42,489 nt of DNA from Cytophagaceae bacterium (GTDB lineage: Bacteria; Bacteroidota; Bacteroidia; Bacteroidales; Marinilabiliaceae), in NCBI GenBank assembly GCA_031285765.1, contig JAITVO010000348.1, positions 1-42,489 of the forward strand. The letters run 5' to 3'. The position numbers and the translations under genes are program-made. Under the pieces are notes generated by a model. That model did no database searches. It saw only the letters and a program-made list of their open reading frames with translations, and had not been told where the DNA came from. Every line of letters starts with the position of its first letter. The first letter of the stretch is position 1. This document shows positions 9,020-18,545 of the stretch, one piece after another.

Positions 9020-9133
9020 TCTCCCCTTGTCCCCACACCAAAGGAGAGGGAGTAGGGGAGAGGTAGAAAATTAAGAGAAGTAAGCAATATGTTTTTGTTC
9101 CCCCTCTCCTTTGGAGAGGGGATAGGTGAAAGG
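9020..9133 (+). repeat. Two CCTCTCC...GGAGAGG hairpin repeat units
   Basis: ccccctctcctttggagaggggataggtgaaagg at 9100-9133, plus a degenerate unit at 9020-9063. Same family and orientation as three units at 38271-38585. Confidence 0.55.
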
Positions 9134-9138
9134 TGATT

Positions 9139-11289
9139 ATGAAAACAAAGAAAAAGAAAAATAAAAAACCAAAAGGCAACCATACGACCGATATTAAAAT
9201 GATAATACAGGATGTGTTTTTCGACAAACCATCCAAGACCTATAATTACAAGCAAGTTGCGCAAATTTTGGGAAATAACCGAAAAAGCGCACAGCAAAAG
9301 GTGCAACTTGCGCTGATTGACCTTGCGGAAAGCGGATTCCTGACCGAAGTTACTACTGGCAGGTACAAACTTGTAGCAAGTGGCTCGTACGTTACGGGAA
9401 CGGTTGATATGACCTCTTCGGGTGCGGCTTACATTGTTCCCGAAGAGGGTGGCGAAGATATTTTTGTGTCGCAAACAAACCTGAAACACGCCCTCAACGG
9501 CGATGTGGTAAAAGTGTTACTGTATGCCAAAAACAGGAGCCGCCGCGCCGAAGGCGAAGTGGTTGAAGTTGTGAAATGCAAGCGCGAACTCTTTGTAGGT
9601 ACGCTGGATGTATCGGGCAATTGCGCCTTTTTGGTTACCGATTCAAAAGTTATTTATCGCAACATATACATTCCTCACGACAAAATTCATGGCGCAAATA
9701 ACGGACAAAAGGTAATTGTAAAAATTATAGAATGGTCAGATAAAGCTAAAAATCCCATAGGCGAAGTGGTTGATATACTGGGCAACCAGGGCGATAACAA
9801 TGCCGAAATGCACGCCATACTTGCCGAGTTTAATCTCCCCTACACCTATCCCGCCGAAATGGATGCCGAAGCCGAAAAAATACCCGAAACCATTCCAGAT
9901 GCTGAAATTATCAAGCGAAGAGATTTCCGAAACATCACTACGTTTACAATTGACCCTGCCGACGCAAAGGATTTTGACGACGCCCTCTCCATTCGCAAAC
10001 TCGACAGCGGACTGTGGGAAATTGGCGTTCACATTGCCGACGTAACGCATTACGTGCAGCCCGACACGCTTATCGACCGAGAAGGCTACGACCGCGCAAC
10101 CTCCGTTTATCTTGTTGATCGCGTGGTGCCGATGCTTCCCGAGCGGTTGAGCAACTACCTCTGTTCGCTGCGCCCCAACGAACAGAAACTCTGCTTCTCG
10201 GCGGTTTTTGAAATGAACAGCGACGCTACCGTCAAAAATCAGTGGTTTGGGCGTACCGTTATCAATTCTGACCGGCGTTTTTCGTACGAAGAAGCGCAAA
10301 CAATCATTGAAACTGGCACAGGCGATTTTGCCGATGAACTGAAAACCATGAACACACTTGCCAAAAAGCTGCGCCGGAAACGTATTAAAGCAGGCGCAGT
10401 TGAATTTGAACGTGTAGAGGTTCGTTTTGAAATAGACGAGACAGGAAAGCCATTGTCGGTTTTTTTTAAGGAATCGAAAGACTCAAACAAGTTGATTGAA
10501 GAATTTATGCTTTTGGCAAACAGAAAAGTAGCTGAACTGATTGGCAAAAAAACGCCACCCCAAACGTTTGTCTATCGTATTCACGACCACCCCAACCCCG
10601 AAAAGTTTGAAACATTCAGTAAATTTGTACGGAAATTTGGCTTAAAAGCCGAACCACAGGGCAAGGAGAGTATCAGCCAGTCGATCAATCGCCTGCTCAC
10701 AACCGTAAAGGGGCGAAAAGAGCAAAACATTGTTGAAACGCTCGCCATCCGTACAATGGCAAAAGCAGTGTACTCCACGCACAACGTGGGGCATTATGGA
10801 CTTGCATTCAAATACTACTCGCACTTTACGTCGCCTATCCGCCGCTATCCCGACATGATGGTACACCGCCTGCTTCAGCGCTACCTCGACGGCGGAAAAT
10901 CGGCTTCAGCCGAAAAGTATGAAGAGTGGTGCGAACACAGCTCCGAAATGGAACAGCGTGCCGCCGACGCCGAGCGTGCATCCATCAAATACAAGCAGGT
11001 AGAATTTTTGAAAGACCGTGTAGGACACAGTTTTGATGGTGTTATATCGGGCGTTACCGAATGGGGGCTGTACGTTGAACTCGACGAAAATAAGTGCGAA
11101 GGCATGATTCCGATTCGCGACCTCAACTACGATATTTATCAGTTCGACGAAGACAACTACATGCTGGTCGGTCGCCGCACCGGACAGGAATACCGGCTTG
11201 GCGACCCCATCAAAATAAAGATTGCCCGCGCCAACCTCGAAAAACGCCAGCTTGATTTTGTGGTAGATGACGACAGTTGGAGGATTTAA
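9139..11289 (+). CDS. rnr: Ribonuclease R
   Basis: RNB catalytic motifs (TIDPADAKDFDDALS, HYGLAFKYYSHFTSPIRRYPD), a C-terminal S1 domain and a Lys-rich N-terminus. The ATG at 9139 lies two codons inside the GTG ORF start. Confidence 0.92.
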   Translation: MKTKKKKNKKPKGNHTTDIKMIIQDVFFDKPSKTYNYKQVAQILGNNRKSAQQKVQLALIDLAESGFLTEVTTGRYKLVASGSYVTGTVDMTSSGAAYIVPEEGGEDIFVSQTNLKHALNGDVVKVLLYAKNRSRRAEGEVVEVVKCKRELFVGTLDVSGNCAFLVTDSKVIYRNIYIPHDKIHGANNGQKVIVKIIEWSDKAKNPIGEVVDILGNQGDNNAEMHAILAEFNLPYTYPAEMDAEAEKIPETIPDAEIIKRRDFRNITTFTIDPADAKDFDDALSIRKLDSGLWEIGVHIADVTHYVQPDTLIDREGYDRATSVYLVDRVVPMLPERLSNYLCSLRPNEQKLCFSAVFEMNSDATVKNQWFGRTVINSDRRFSYEEAQTIIETGTGDFADELKTMNTLAKKLRRKRIKAGAVEFERVEVRFEIDETGKPLSVFFKESKDSNKLIEEFMLLANRKVAELIGKKTPPQTFVYRIHDHPNPEKFETFSKFVRKFGLKAEPQGKESISQSINRLLTTVKGRKEQNIVETLAIRTMAKAVYSTHNVGHYGLAFKYYSHFTSPIRRYPDMMVHRLLQRYLDGGKSASAEKYEEWCEHSSEMEQRAADAERASIKYKQVEFLKDRVGHSFDGVISGVTEWGLYVELDENKCEGMIPIRDLNYDIYQFDEDNYMLVGRRTGQEYRLGDPIKIKIARANLEKRQLDFVVDDDSWRI

Positions 11290-11738
11290 AAAATAAAGAA
11301 TTAAAAAAAATTAGCAATATAGCTTTCTTATGAAGAGGATACCGTGAAAAATTAATGTATCCACCTCTTAATTATTAATTGTGAAACTTTGCAAACATCA
11401 TAATCTGTTATCATTCTTAGGATAATAAGTATAAAATTACGCTCAATATAATGACATTAATATCTGTATAGATGGGTCGCTTCCCTGATTTTATACCCAC
11501 CGCCATTTCAGTCATACCTGCATTAAGTATAGAGTATAGTTGAGTCATCATTTTTTTCAAAAAAAAACACTCCTGTTTTAAACCTTTTTCTCAAAAGATT
11601 GTTCTAAGTATTGTTTCAAGAATAATATTTTATTCATATTAACGTTACAAGTTATAATTCCACTCAACAGTAGTGAAGTATTAATTGCCGGCAGAGTGAA
11701 AACATTGCATCTTTCGGCTTGTTATTTATCAAATTTAT

Positions 11739-13175
11739 ATGTTCAGATTACTAAAAATATCAATCTTATTTGCCCTGTTTCTGTGGTTAACTGGCTGCGA
11801 AAGGGACTATTCGTTTCGCGGTGGCGCTGATGGACTTAATTTTTCGACCGATACTGTAACTTTCGATACCGTTTTTACAACAATTGGCTCGGCAACTTAT
11901 CGGTTAATGGCATACAATCCGTATAATGACGACATGACCATTGATGCCATCCGCTTGGCGGGAGGCGAAAGTTCCAAGTTTCGCATCAATATCAACGGTT
12001 TTCCCGAAACATCGGTCAGGGAAATTCCCGTTATTGCCAACGACAGTTTGCTGATTCTGATAGAAGTAACCATCAATCCAGCCGATAATCACAACTCCTT
12101 TTTTGCCGATGACTCAATTCTGTTTTATACCAAAGAGCGTATTCAATCGGTGCGCTTGGAAGCATACGTGCAAGATGTTGTGGTGCTTCGGAGCCATACG
12201 TTTGCCAACGATACGGTATTGAAAAACGAGAAACCTTATTTGGTTTTCGATTATTTAGTTGTAGATTCCCTAAAAACATTGACGATTGACAAAGGCGTCC
12301 ACATTCATTTTTACGAAGGAGCTTCGATGCAGGTGTTCGGAACGCTGAAAGTGAATGGTACAAAGGATGAACCTGTTTTGTTTGCGGGGCATCGCCTCGA
12401 AAAGTTTTACAACGATAGAGCCGGACAGTGGGGCGGCATTCATCTTCGCCCCGGAAGCCGAGAGCACGCAATTGATTACGCCACAATTAGAAACAGTTAT
12501 TACGGGCTTAATATCGATTCGGTGGGTGTGAAAGACCAAACGCCTGTTGAGCTCCGGAATACGCAGATTAATTATATTACCAAACAGGGGTTGCTTGCGC
12601 AAACTGCTGCCATCAACGTCGAAAACTGCGTATTCGGCTATTGTGGAAGCTCGTCGGTTGCCCTGACGGTTGGCGGCAAGTACAATTTTTACCATTCTAC
12701 GATTGCCAATTACAATATGAATACAGGTGTGGCAAGGGATGGTTTTGATGCGCTGGTGGTATCGAATTATTATCCCGACAAAAATAACGAACCGGTTATC
12801 AGCGATCTCGATTTCTTTTTTTACAACTGCATTATTTCGGGCAACCGGAATGAAAACGACATCAGCATTGATATCAAAAAAACCGAACTGTGCAGCGTAA
12901 ACTGGCGCTTTAGCCATTCGCTTTTAAAAACGTCGGCTACCAATGATTCGCTGACTGGTAAACATTTTGACAATATTAAAATCGAAGAAAGCAAAGACAA
13001 TATTTTTATGGATGACGCCTCTGCCGATTTCAGGCTCGACACATTGTCGGTTGCAAAAGACATCGGTAATTTGAACATTGTTCTTGCCAACGAACGGTTG
13101 CTGAATGACATTGCCGGAAACTCCCGCACCAAAGACAATGCGCCCGACGCAGGGGCATACGAGAGGGGGGAATAA
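11739..13175 (+). CDS. Hypothetical lipoprotein, probably with a parallel beta-helix fold
   Basis: Signal plus lipobox LWLTGC. Repetitive beta-rich sequence. The C-terminal NAPDAGAYE motif is common in beta-helix surface proteins. Confidence 0.7.
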   Translation: MFRLLKISILFALFLWLTGCERDYSFRGGADGLNFSTDTVTFDTVFTTIGSATYRLMAYNPYNDDMTIDAIRLAGGESSKFRININGFPETSVREIPVIANDSLLILIEVTINPADNHNSFFADDSILFYTKERIQSVRLEAYVQDVVVLRSHTFANDTVLKNEKPYLVFDYLVVDSLKTLTIDKGVHIHFYEGASMQVFGTLKVNGTKDEPVLFAGHRLEKFYNDRAGQWGGIHLRPGSREHAIDYATIRNSYYGLNIDSVGVKDQTPVELRNTQINYITKQGLLAQTAAINVENCVFGYCGSSSVALTVGGKYNFYHSTIANYNMNTGVARDGFDALVVSNYYPDKNNEPVISDLDFFFYNCIISGNRNENDISIDIKKTELCSVNWRFSHSLLKTSATNDSLTGKHFDNIKIEESKDNIFMDDASADFRLDTLSVAKDIGNLNIVLANERLLNDIAGNSRTKDNAPDAGAYERGE

Positions 13176-13212
13176 TCAGTAAAGACGCAATTCCATGCGT
13201 TTTTGCGGTTGT

Positions 13213-13303
13213 TTGAACCACGATTTTTGCAAGATTAGCCAAGATTCTCAAGATGATTATCTGGATTGTGAATCCTGTTCATCTTGTAAAAATCGTGGTT
13301 CAA
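13213..13303. repeat. 23-bp inverted repeat (22/23 match) separated by 45 bp; long hairpin just 3' of the lipoprotein gene
   Basis: ttgaaccacgatttttgcaagat at 13213-13235 against atcttgtaaaaatcgtggttcaa at 13281-13303. The sequence is related to the ATCCGCG/GTTCAA family. Confidence 0.5.
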
Positions 13304-13441
13304 GACTGTTTGTTGTGTCTTTAGCCAACGATACAATAAACATCCGTTTTTTAGAACAGGCACACACACTCCTACTACAGCCCGAAGGGCTTCCTATCTT
13401 GAACTGTGATTATTATGATTTAAAGCCTATCTACTTAGCAA

Positions 13442-13602
13442 TAAGTATGAATCAAAAATTAATTTACACTAAAAGTAAACCATAAACCACAAAGAGCACG
13501 AAGTTGTGCACACAAAAGGACACTATGTGTTTGCGAACCTTGTGTATTCCTTGTGAACTTTGTGGTAAAAAATTGTATCAATTAATTTATGTTGGGTACT
13601 TA
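13442..13602. mobile_element. MITE-like element, copy 2 (161 bp)
   Basis: Collinear with 3763-3913, with a few substitutions and a ~10-bp indel. Same termini, flanked by TA. Confidence 0.6.
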
Positions 13603-13681
13603 TGAGTAATTAAATCAACATAAACTTTAGCGAACTTGCAGTTTCTTTTGCCTCCTGTTTGCTTTTTTCATACACATCATT

Positions 13682-13689
13682 TACTTTTG
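13682..13689 (+). promoter_or_regulatory. -7 box TActTTTG upstream of the TPR protein gene
   Basis: Exact TAnnTTTG, 51 nt upstream of the ATG at 13740. Confidence 0.4.
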
Positions 13690-13739
13690 TCTGCTGTTTT
13701 TGAAAGGAATGTGAATAAACACTTTAAATATAGACAAAG

Positions 13740-15962
13740 ATGAACCATAAAGACATAATACGCCGCCTGCATCTCACGTATCAGTATCTGAACGATAAAC
13801 GGCTGAAAAACGCTCTGGATTTAATTGCCGACGCAGTTAAAGATACGCATCGAAGCGACTTGATTGATACGCATTACAACATTGAGATGACCTATAAAAG
13901 CCTGCTCCGTTTTACGGTAGAAGGCTTTACCGATTCGGGGCGGCAGGAGATTTACAATCAGCTCATCAGCGATATTTTTATATTTGCCGACAATGTGTAC
14001 GACGAGTTGCTGACTCGGTTTGGCGAAGGTTATTTTTACGAACTCATCCGAAAGGTTATTCATTCGGGAGTTTCGTTTGAAACGGTTGCCGACAGTTATT
14101 TTGAACAGCTTACAACTCTGAATCTTTTGGAAGAAAGCGGCTCGGATGTTTCGCCTGTTTATCCTGAAATCAGTTGTACTTCATACACTGTTTTTGAACA
14201 TATTTTAACACAACAAATTATTGGGCAATCAGAAACTGAAACATTGACCCGACTTTTCGGCGCAAACGAAGTTCCATGGACGCAACAGGCGGTGTTTACA
14301 ACAGCCATTACCATACAGTTGCTGCACAGGTTTAATATAAAAGGCATTGATTTTCTTTACAGCCTTGCCGAGCATCATCCCAACATGCAGATAAAACAGA
14401 GGGCGCTGGTTGGATTACTGCTCGCACTGTACAAATACGACAGCCGCCTCCGGTATTACCCCGAAATTGTTGAACGCCTCAAAACCATACGCGAAAACCA
14501 ACCTCTGCTCAACATTGTGAAAACGGTTATCATACAATTTCTTCGAACATACGATACCGAAAATATTGTGCGAAGATTAACCGATGAAATTATTCCCGAA
14601 GTAGCTAAAATTCATCCCAATTTGCGAAACCGTCTGGATTTGGATAATATTTTGGGCGACAATTTTAAGGAAGGTAAAAACCCCGACTGGGAAAAAATTT
14701 TCTCCGACTCGCCCGAATTGATGAGCAAATTGGAAGAGTTTACGAAATTGCAAATGGAAGGCGCCGATACGTTTATGTCAACATTCCGTTTATTAAAAAA
14801 TTTTACCTTTTTTAATAATGTTGCACACTGGTTTCTGCCGTTTTTTTATCCGAATCCTATTGTAGATGATATTTTGAAAAACGAAAATGAAACCTTTCGC
14901 AACCAAACAACGTTGGAGAGACTTGCCGATTCGCCGATAATGTGCAACTCCGATAAATATTCGTTTATTTTGAGTATTCCCAAAATGCCAGCCGGTCAAA
15001 AAGAGATAATGGGACAGATGTTTTTGGCTGAAATCGATGCCATTCGCGATTTAGATGAAAACGACAAGTTGATTGACACCAACATGCAGACGCTGTCGAT
15101 ATCCAACCGGTACATTCAGGATTTGTATCGCTTTTATAAACTCAATCCGCATCGCAACTCGTTTATTGACCCGTTTTCGTGGACATTCGATTTTTATAAC
15201 AAATGGTTTATCAATGAACTGTTTCCCAACGATGACTTGCTCAACCGGTTGGGCGAATATCTTTTCGAAAAGGACAGATATAAAGAAGCCTCTGAAGTGT
15301 TTGAAATTTTGAGCAAACGCACCGATAACAATCTTTCGATGCAGTTGCTTCAAAAACACGCCTATTGTCTGCAACAGCTTCAAAACTGCGAAGAAGCTCT
15401 GCAACTCTACCTAAAAGCCGATTTATATAAACACGGACAGGTGTGGAATCTGAAAAAGATTGCACTTTGCTACCGCTACCTCAAAAATCCCGAAAAGGCA
15501 GTGGAATATTACAAAGAAGCCGAGCGTACACAGCCCGACAATTTGCATACGCAGGTAAGCATAGGGCATTGCCTTCTTGAGATGAAAGACTATGCCGAAG
15601 CATTGAAATACTATTTTAAAGTAGAATATCTCGACCCGAAAAACAAAAAGGTGTGGCGTCCGATTACATGGTGTTCGCTTGCGCTCGGAAAACTCGAACA
15701 GGCTGAAAAATATGCAATGAAAAACATTGATGCCGCCCCTGCTCAAAGCGACTTCCTCAACATGGGGCACATAAAATGGTGCATGGGTAATCGCCTCGAA
15801 GCATTGGAGTGGTATCAAAAATGTGTAAAGTTTGAGGGCAATACAATAACCGATTTTCTTGATTCATTTGAAAACGACCGCCAGCTGCTTCTGGATCACA
15901 ATGTGAACAGCGCCGATATTCCAATAATGATAGACCAGTTAAGATATTATTTGGAGAATTAA
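13740..15962 (+). CDS. Large hypothetical protein with C-terminal TPR repeats
   Basis: 740-aa uninterrupted ORF. The C-terminal ~230 aa show TPR-like periodicity (AxxxYxKA...P). The N-terminal region is not recognised. Confidence 0.75.
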   Translation: MNHKDIIRRLHLTYQYLNDKRLKNALDLIADAVKDTHRSDLIDTHYNIEMTYKSLLRFTVEGFTDSGRQEIYNQLISDIFIFADNVYDELLTRFGEGYFYELIRKVIHSGVSFETVADSYFEQLTTLNLLEESGSDVSPVYPEISCTSYTVFEHILTQQIIGQSETETLTRLFGANEVPWTQQAVFTTAITIQLLHRFNIKGIDFLYSLAEHHPNMQIKQRALVGLLLALYKYDSRLRYYPEIVERLKTIRENQPLLNIVKTVIIQFLRTYDTENIVRRLTDEIIPEVAKIHPNLRNRLDLDNILGDNFKEGKNPDWEKIFSDSPELMSKLEEFTKLQMEGADTFMSTFRLLKNFTFFNNVAHWFLPFFYPNPIVDDILKNENETFRNQTTLERLADSPIMCNSDKYSFILSIPKMPAGQKEIMGQMFLAEIDAIRDLDENDKLIDTNMQTLSISNRYIQDLYRFYKLNPHRNSFIDPFSWTFDFYNKWFINELFPNDDLLNRLGEYLFEKDRYKEASEVFEILSKRTDNNLSMQLLQKHAYCLQQLQNCEEALQLYLKADLYKHGQVWNLKKIALCYRYLKNPEKAVEYYKEAERTQPDNLHTQVSIGHCLLEMKDYAEALKYYFKVEYLDPKNKKVWRPITWCSLALGKLEQAEKYAMKNIDAAPAQSDFLNMGHIKWCMGNRLEALEWYQKCVKFEGNTITDFLDSFENDRQLLLDHNVNSADIPIMIDQLRYYLEN

Positions 15963-15984
15963 GAAACTGTTTGAATTAAACAAT

Positions 15985-16020
15985 CATTAGTAAAAAACCA
16001 CACATGGTTTTATACTAATG
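15985..16020 (+). terminator. Putative terminator hairpin after the TPR gene
   Basis: cattagtaaaaaacca / tggttttatactaatg pair at 14 of 16 positions with a 4-nt loop, 23 nt after the stop codon. The T-tract is weak. Confidence 0.4.
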
Positions 16021-16075
16021 GATTTACTAATTTTATAGGAACTAAACTGTTTTACAGTTCTACCACCTCCAAAGT

Positions 16076-16351
16076 TTGATAGAAATACAATCAGCGCCCT
16101 ACGTGGAAACTCTCAGACGTAAACGGAATTATCGTTATAAAGTGAATCGGAGTGTTGCTTTGGGAGTGTTAAAAGAGTATTCAGTACAACAGTTTTGGGG
16201 CAACGATAACAGAGAAATCTTGCGCGAGTTAGAACATCTGTTTGGAAATTATCTGGAACCTGTTCACCCTAATTGTAAATATCCGCGCAACTTCAAGCGA
16301 AGACCGCATTATAAACACTACAATACAACTATCTATAAACGTATTATGTAA
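16076..16351 (+). CDS. Orphan small basic ORF (91 aa, TTG start); coding status uncertain
   Basis: Non-repetitive Lys/Arg/Tyr-rich translation with no ATG and no family I recognise. Could be a gene relic. Confidence 0.25.
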   Translation: MIEIQSAPYVETLRRKRNYRYKVNRSVALGVLKEYSVQQFWGNDNREILRELEHLFGNYLEPVHPNCKYPRNFKRRPHYKHYNTTIYKRIM

Positions 16352-16447
16352 GTCTTAACTTGGTGACATTAGGAAACGCCTAACGGCGTTATGAAAAGAT
16401 ATTGTGCAGTACAGGTAAACAATGTTGTTTTTTATAAAAATGTGCCT

Positions 16448-16531
16448 GTTTCTTTAGAAATAGCATCCGTTTCTTTAGAAATGACATCTGTTTCTATGGA
16501 AATTGTATCCATACACATGGAAATGACAACT
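16448..16531. repeat. Degenerate 21-bp tandem repeat, 4 units
   Basis: The units are gtttctttagaaatagcatcc, gtttctttagaaatgacatct, gtttctatggaaattgtatcc and atacacatggaaatgacaact. Confidence 0.7.
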
Positions 16532-16668
16532 ATTCCCATAAAAAAGTTAAGGAAGTATGTCACTAAACTTAACTTTGAAACTTGAACTCGAAACTTTGAA
16601 CTTATTTATACCTTTTAAACCCAAAGAAATGTGCAATAATTCGCCGCAAAGTTTACTTGAAAAGGTTT

Positions 16669-17781
16669 TTACGATGTCGCGTTATGGAATCGTTCGATTA
16701 AAAACGGCGCTATTTCAGTTAGCCCCATAACCTTTTCTGCGGCGCCAAGCTGAATCGCTTCTTTGGGCATTCCGAAAACTACCGACGATTGCTGGTCTTG
16801 CGCTATGGTAAAGGCTCCCGCTTCTTTCAGTTCAAGTAGTCCTTTAGCGCCATCGGTTCCCATGCCGGTGAGCAGAATGCCTGTTGTATTTTTTCCTGCG
16901 TAACGTGCTGCTGACCTGAAAAGCACATCCACCGCCGGGCGGTGTCTGTTTACAAGTGGTCCGTCTTTCACCTCTACCGAATATTCTTTGCCAACACGCT
17001 TGAGCAGCATGTGTTTGTTGCCGGGTGCTATTAACACTCTGCCCTGATAAAGCCTGTCGCCATCTTCGGCTTCTTTTATTTCCATAGCAGAAGTTTTATT
17101 TAATCCGTCGGCAAACGATTTGGTGAAACCTTCGGGCATGTGCTGAACAATGGCAATGCCGGGCATTCGTGCCGGAAGTTCTCTTAAAAGTGTACGGATG
17201 GCTTCGGTGCCTCCCGTTGAGGCGCCAAGTACAATTATTTTATCTGTATCAATGATGTGCGAACCCAGTGTACCTCTTTCGAGCATTACGTCAGCCGAGA
17301 ATTTGGGACGGACAGTGTATTCAGGCATCATGGGCTTTGTGGTAATGCGTTTCAGTTTTACCTGCGAAGCTGCTTTTACTGCATCACAGAGGATAATTTT
17401 CGATTCGTTGAAAAACTGTGGCGCGTTCATGGCTGGTTTGGCAATAATTTCCGAAGCGCCATACTGCAATGCTTTCATGGCTACTTCGGTGCCCTGTGCT
17501 GTCAGCGATGAAATAACAACTACAGGTATTGGATGCTGCGACATAATTTTCCGAAGAAATGTTAAGCCGTCCATTCGGGGCATTTCAATATCGAGTGTTA
17601 TAACGTCGGGAACCTCAACCTGAATTTTTTTTACGGCGATAAGCGGGTCGGCGGCTGTTCCTATGACCTCAATCTGCGGGTCGCTTTTCAATATCGTGCT
17701 CAGGCTTTGCCTTACAATTGCGGAGTCATCCACAATCAATACCTTTATCTTCTCATTCGTATCCATGTCTTCAGTTCTCAA
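16669..17781 (-). CDS. cheB: Chemotaxis response regulator protein-glutamate methylesterase
   Basis: N-terminal REC domain ([21 protein letters not shown]) plus a methylesterase domain ([24 protein letters not shown]). Confidence 0.93.
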   Translation of the reverse strand: MRTEDMDTNEKIKVLIVDDSAIVRQSLSTILKSDPQIEVIGTAADPLIAVKKIQVEVPDVITLDIEMPRMDGLTFLRKIMSQHPIPVVVISSLTAQGTEVAMKALQYGASEIIAKPAMNAPQFFNESKIILCDAVKAASQVKLKRITTKPMMPEYTVRPKFSADVMLERGTLGSHIIDTDKIIVLGASTGGTEAIRTLLRELPARMPGIAIVQHMPEGFTKSFADGLNKTSAMEIKEAEDGDRLYQGRVLIAPGNKHMLLKRVGKEYSVEVKDGPLVNRHRPAVDVLFRSAARYAGKNTTGILLTGMGTDGAKGLLELKEAGAFTIAQDQQSSVVFGMPKEAIQLGAAEKVMGLTEIAPFLIERFHNATS

Positions 17782-17903
17782 ATTATATAATAATTACACG
17801 AAATTTGGCTTACTTCCTGTTTCTAAACCTTGTTGGGTTTGTTGCTTTGTTTGTGTAATTATTATTTGCAATTTATATAAGTATACAGTAATAATTAATT
17901 TTT

Positions 17904-17958
17904 ACGGATTGGCGATTGTTCAAAAAGTGTTTTTGAATGCGGATGACACTGATAGCAC
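17904..17958 (-). repeat. ATCCGCG/GTTCAAAAA-family repeat (inverted orientation) inside the cheD-cheB spacer
   Basis: The reverse complement reads atcagtgtcatccgcattcaaaaacactttttgaac, matching 8337-8377. Contains the hairpin ttcaaaaa/tttttgaa. Confidence 0.5.
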
Positions 17959-18060
17959 ATATTTTTGCAAATTTTATATGGATGATGACTCATATATAAA
18001 TTATACTTCTTTATGTTATTAGTGTGTGCGTCGTCCACCTTCTTTTTGAACAGCCTCGTA

Positions 18061-18534
18061 TTACCGTTCCGATCTGTTTAAAAATTTATGTCGTACTTCT
18101 CCTGTTCTCGAATCAAAAAGAATTTTACGTCCTTTTGTTCCTCCTGTGCTCGATGCTATTATCGGTATTTTGTATTCGGTCAGCATCATTTCAGCTACTC
18201 TTATGTTGCGTTCGCCAATGTGCATACTGCTTTTGTCGGGCGAAAGCAAATCGCCGCCTCCAAATACCTTTGCTGTCAAATTCTCTTTTTTACTGCCCAG
18301 CATCAACATCTTTTCAGTTAGTTTTTCTATTGCGACATTGCCATATTTGGGCGACAGCAAGTCGTTTCCGTTCCAGTTGGGAAGCATGTAATGATTCATA
18401 CCTCCTATTCTCAACACCGGATCGTAAAAACACACCGCTATACACGAGCCCAGAATCGTTTTAATTACATACGGCTCCTTGCTGGCGAATAATGTTGACG
18501 GGTATAAAAAATGTTGTAAAAAATTCTGGTCCAT
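18061..18534 (-). CDS. cheD: Chemoreceptor glutamine deamidase
   Basis: 157 aa with the LGSCIAVC catalytic-Cys motif and CheD-like sequence throughout. Confidence 0.9.
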   Translation of the reverse strand: MDQNFLQHFLYPSTLFASKEPYVIKTILGSCIAVCFYDPVLRIGGMNHYMLPNWNGNDLLSPKYGNVAIEKLTEKMLMLGSKKENLTAKVFGGGDLLSPDKSSMHIGERNIRVAEMMLTEYKIPIIASSTGGTKGRKILFDSRTGEVRHKFLNRSER

Positions 18535-18545
18535 TTTTGAATCCC

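Noticed and set aside
8949-9489. 95-aa and 172-aa minus-strand ORFs across the rsmG-rnr junction
   Set aside because: They are antisense to rnr and read through the CCTCTCC/GGAGAGG hairpins. Nothing supports coding.
13195-13485. 96-aa plus-strand ORF
   Set aside because: It is built entirely from the 23-bp inverted repeat element and the left end of the MITE copy, with a Cys/Ser-rich repeat-derived translation.
13740-15962. The 740-aa TPR protein as the missing chemoreceptor
   Set aside because: It has no coiled-coil signalling hairpin or methylation-site heptads. It is on the opposite strand, convergent with cheB.
16391-16585. 64-aa ORF (VSLEIASVSLEMTSVSMEIVSIHMEMTT)
   Set aside because: Its repetitive core is just the degenerate 21-bp tandem array. 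There is no promoter box and no plausible fold, so I treat it as non-coding repeat.
17150-18464. Plus-strand ORFs inside cheB and cheD (157, 84, 146, 77 and 81 aa)
   Set aside because: They are antisense shadows with low-complexity translations. The minus-strand frames carry clear CheB and CheD motifs.
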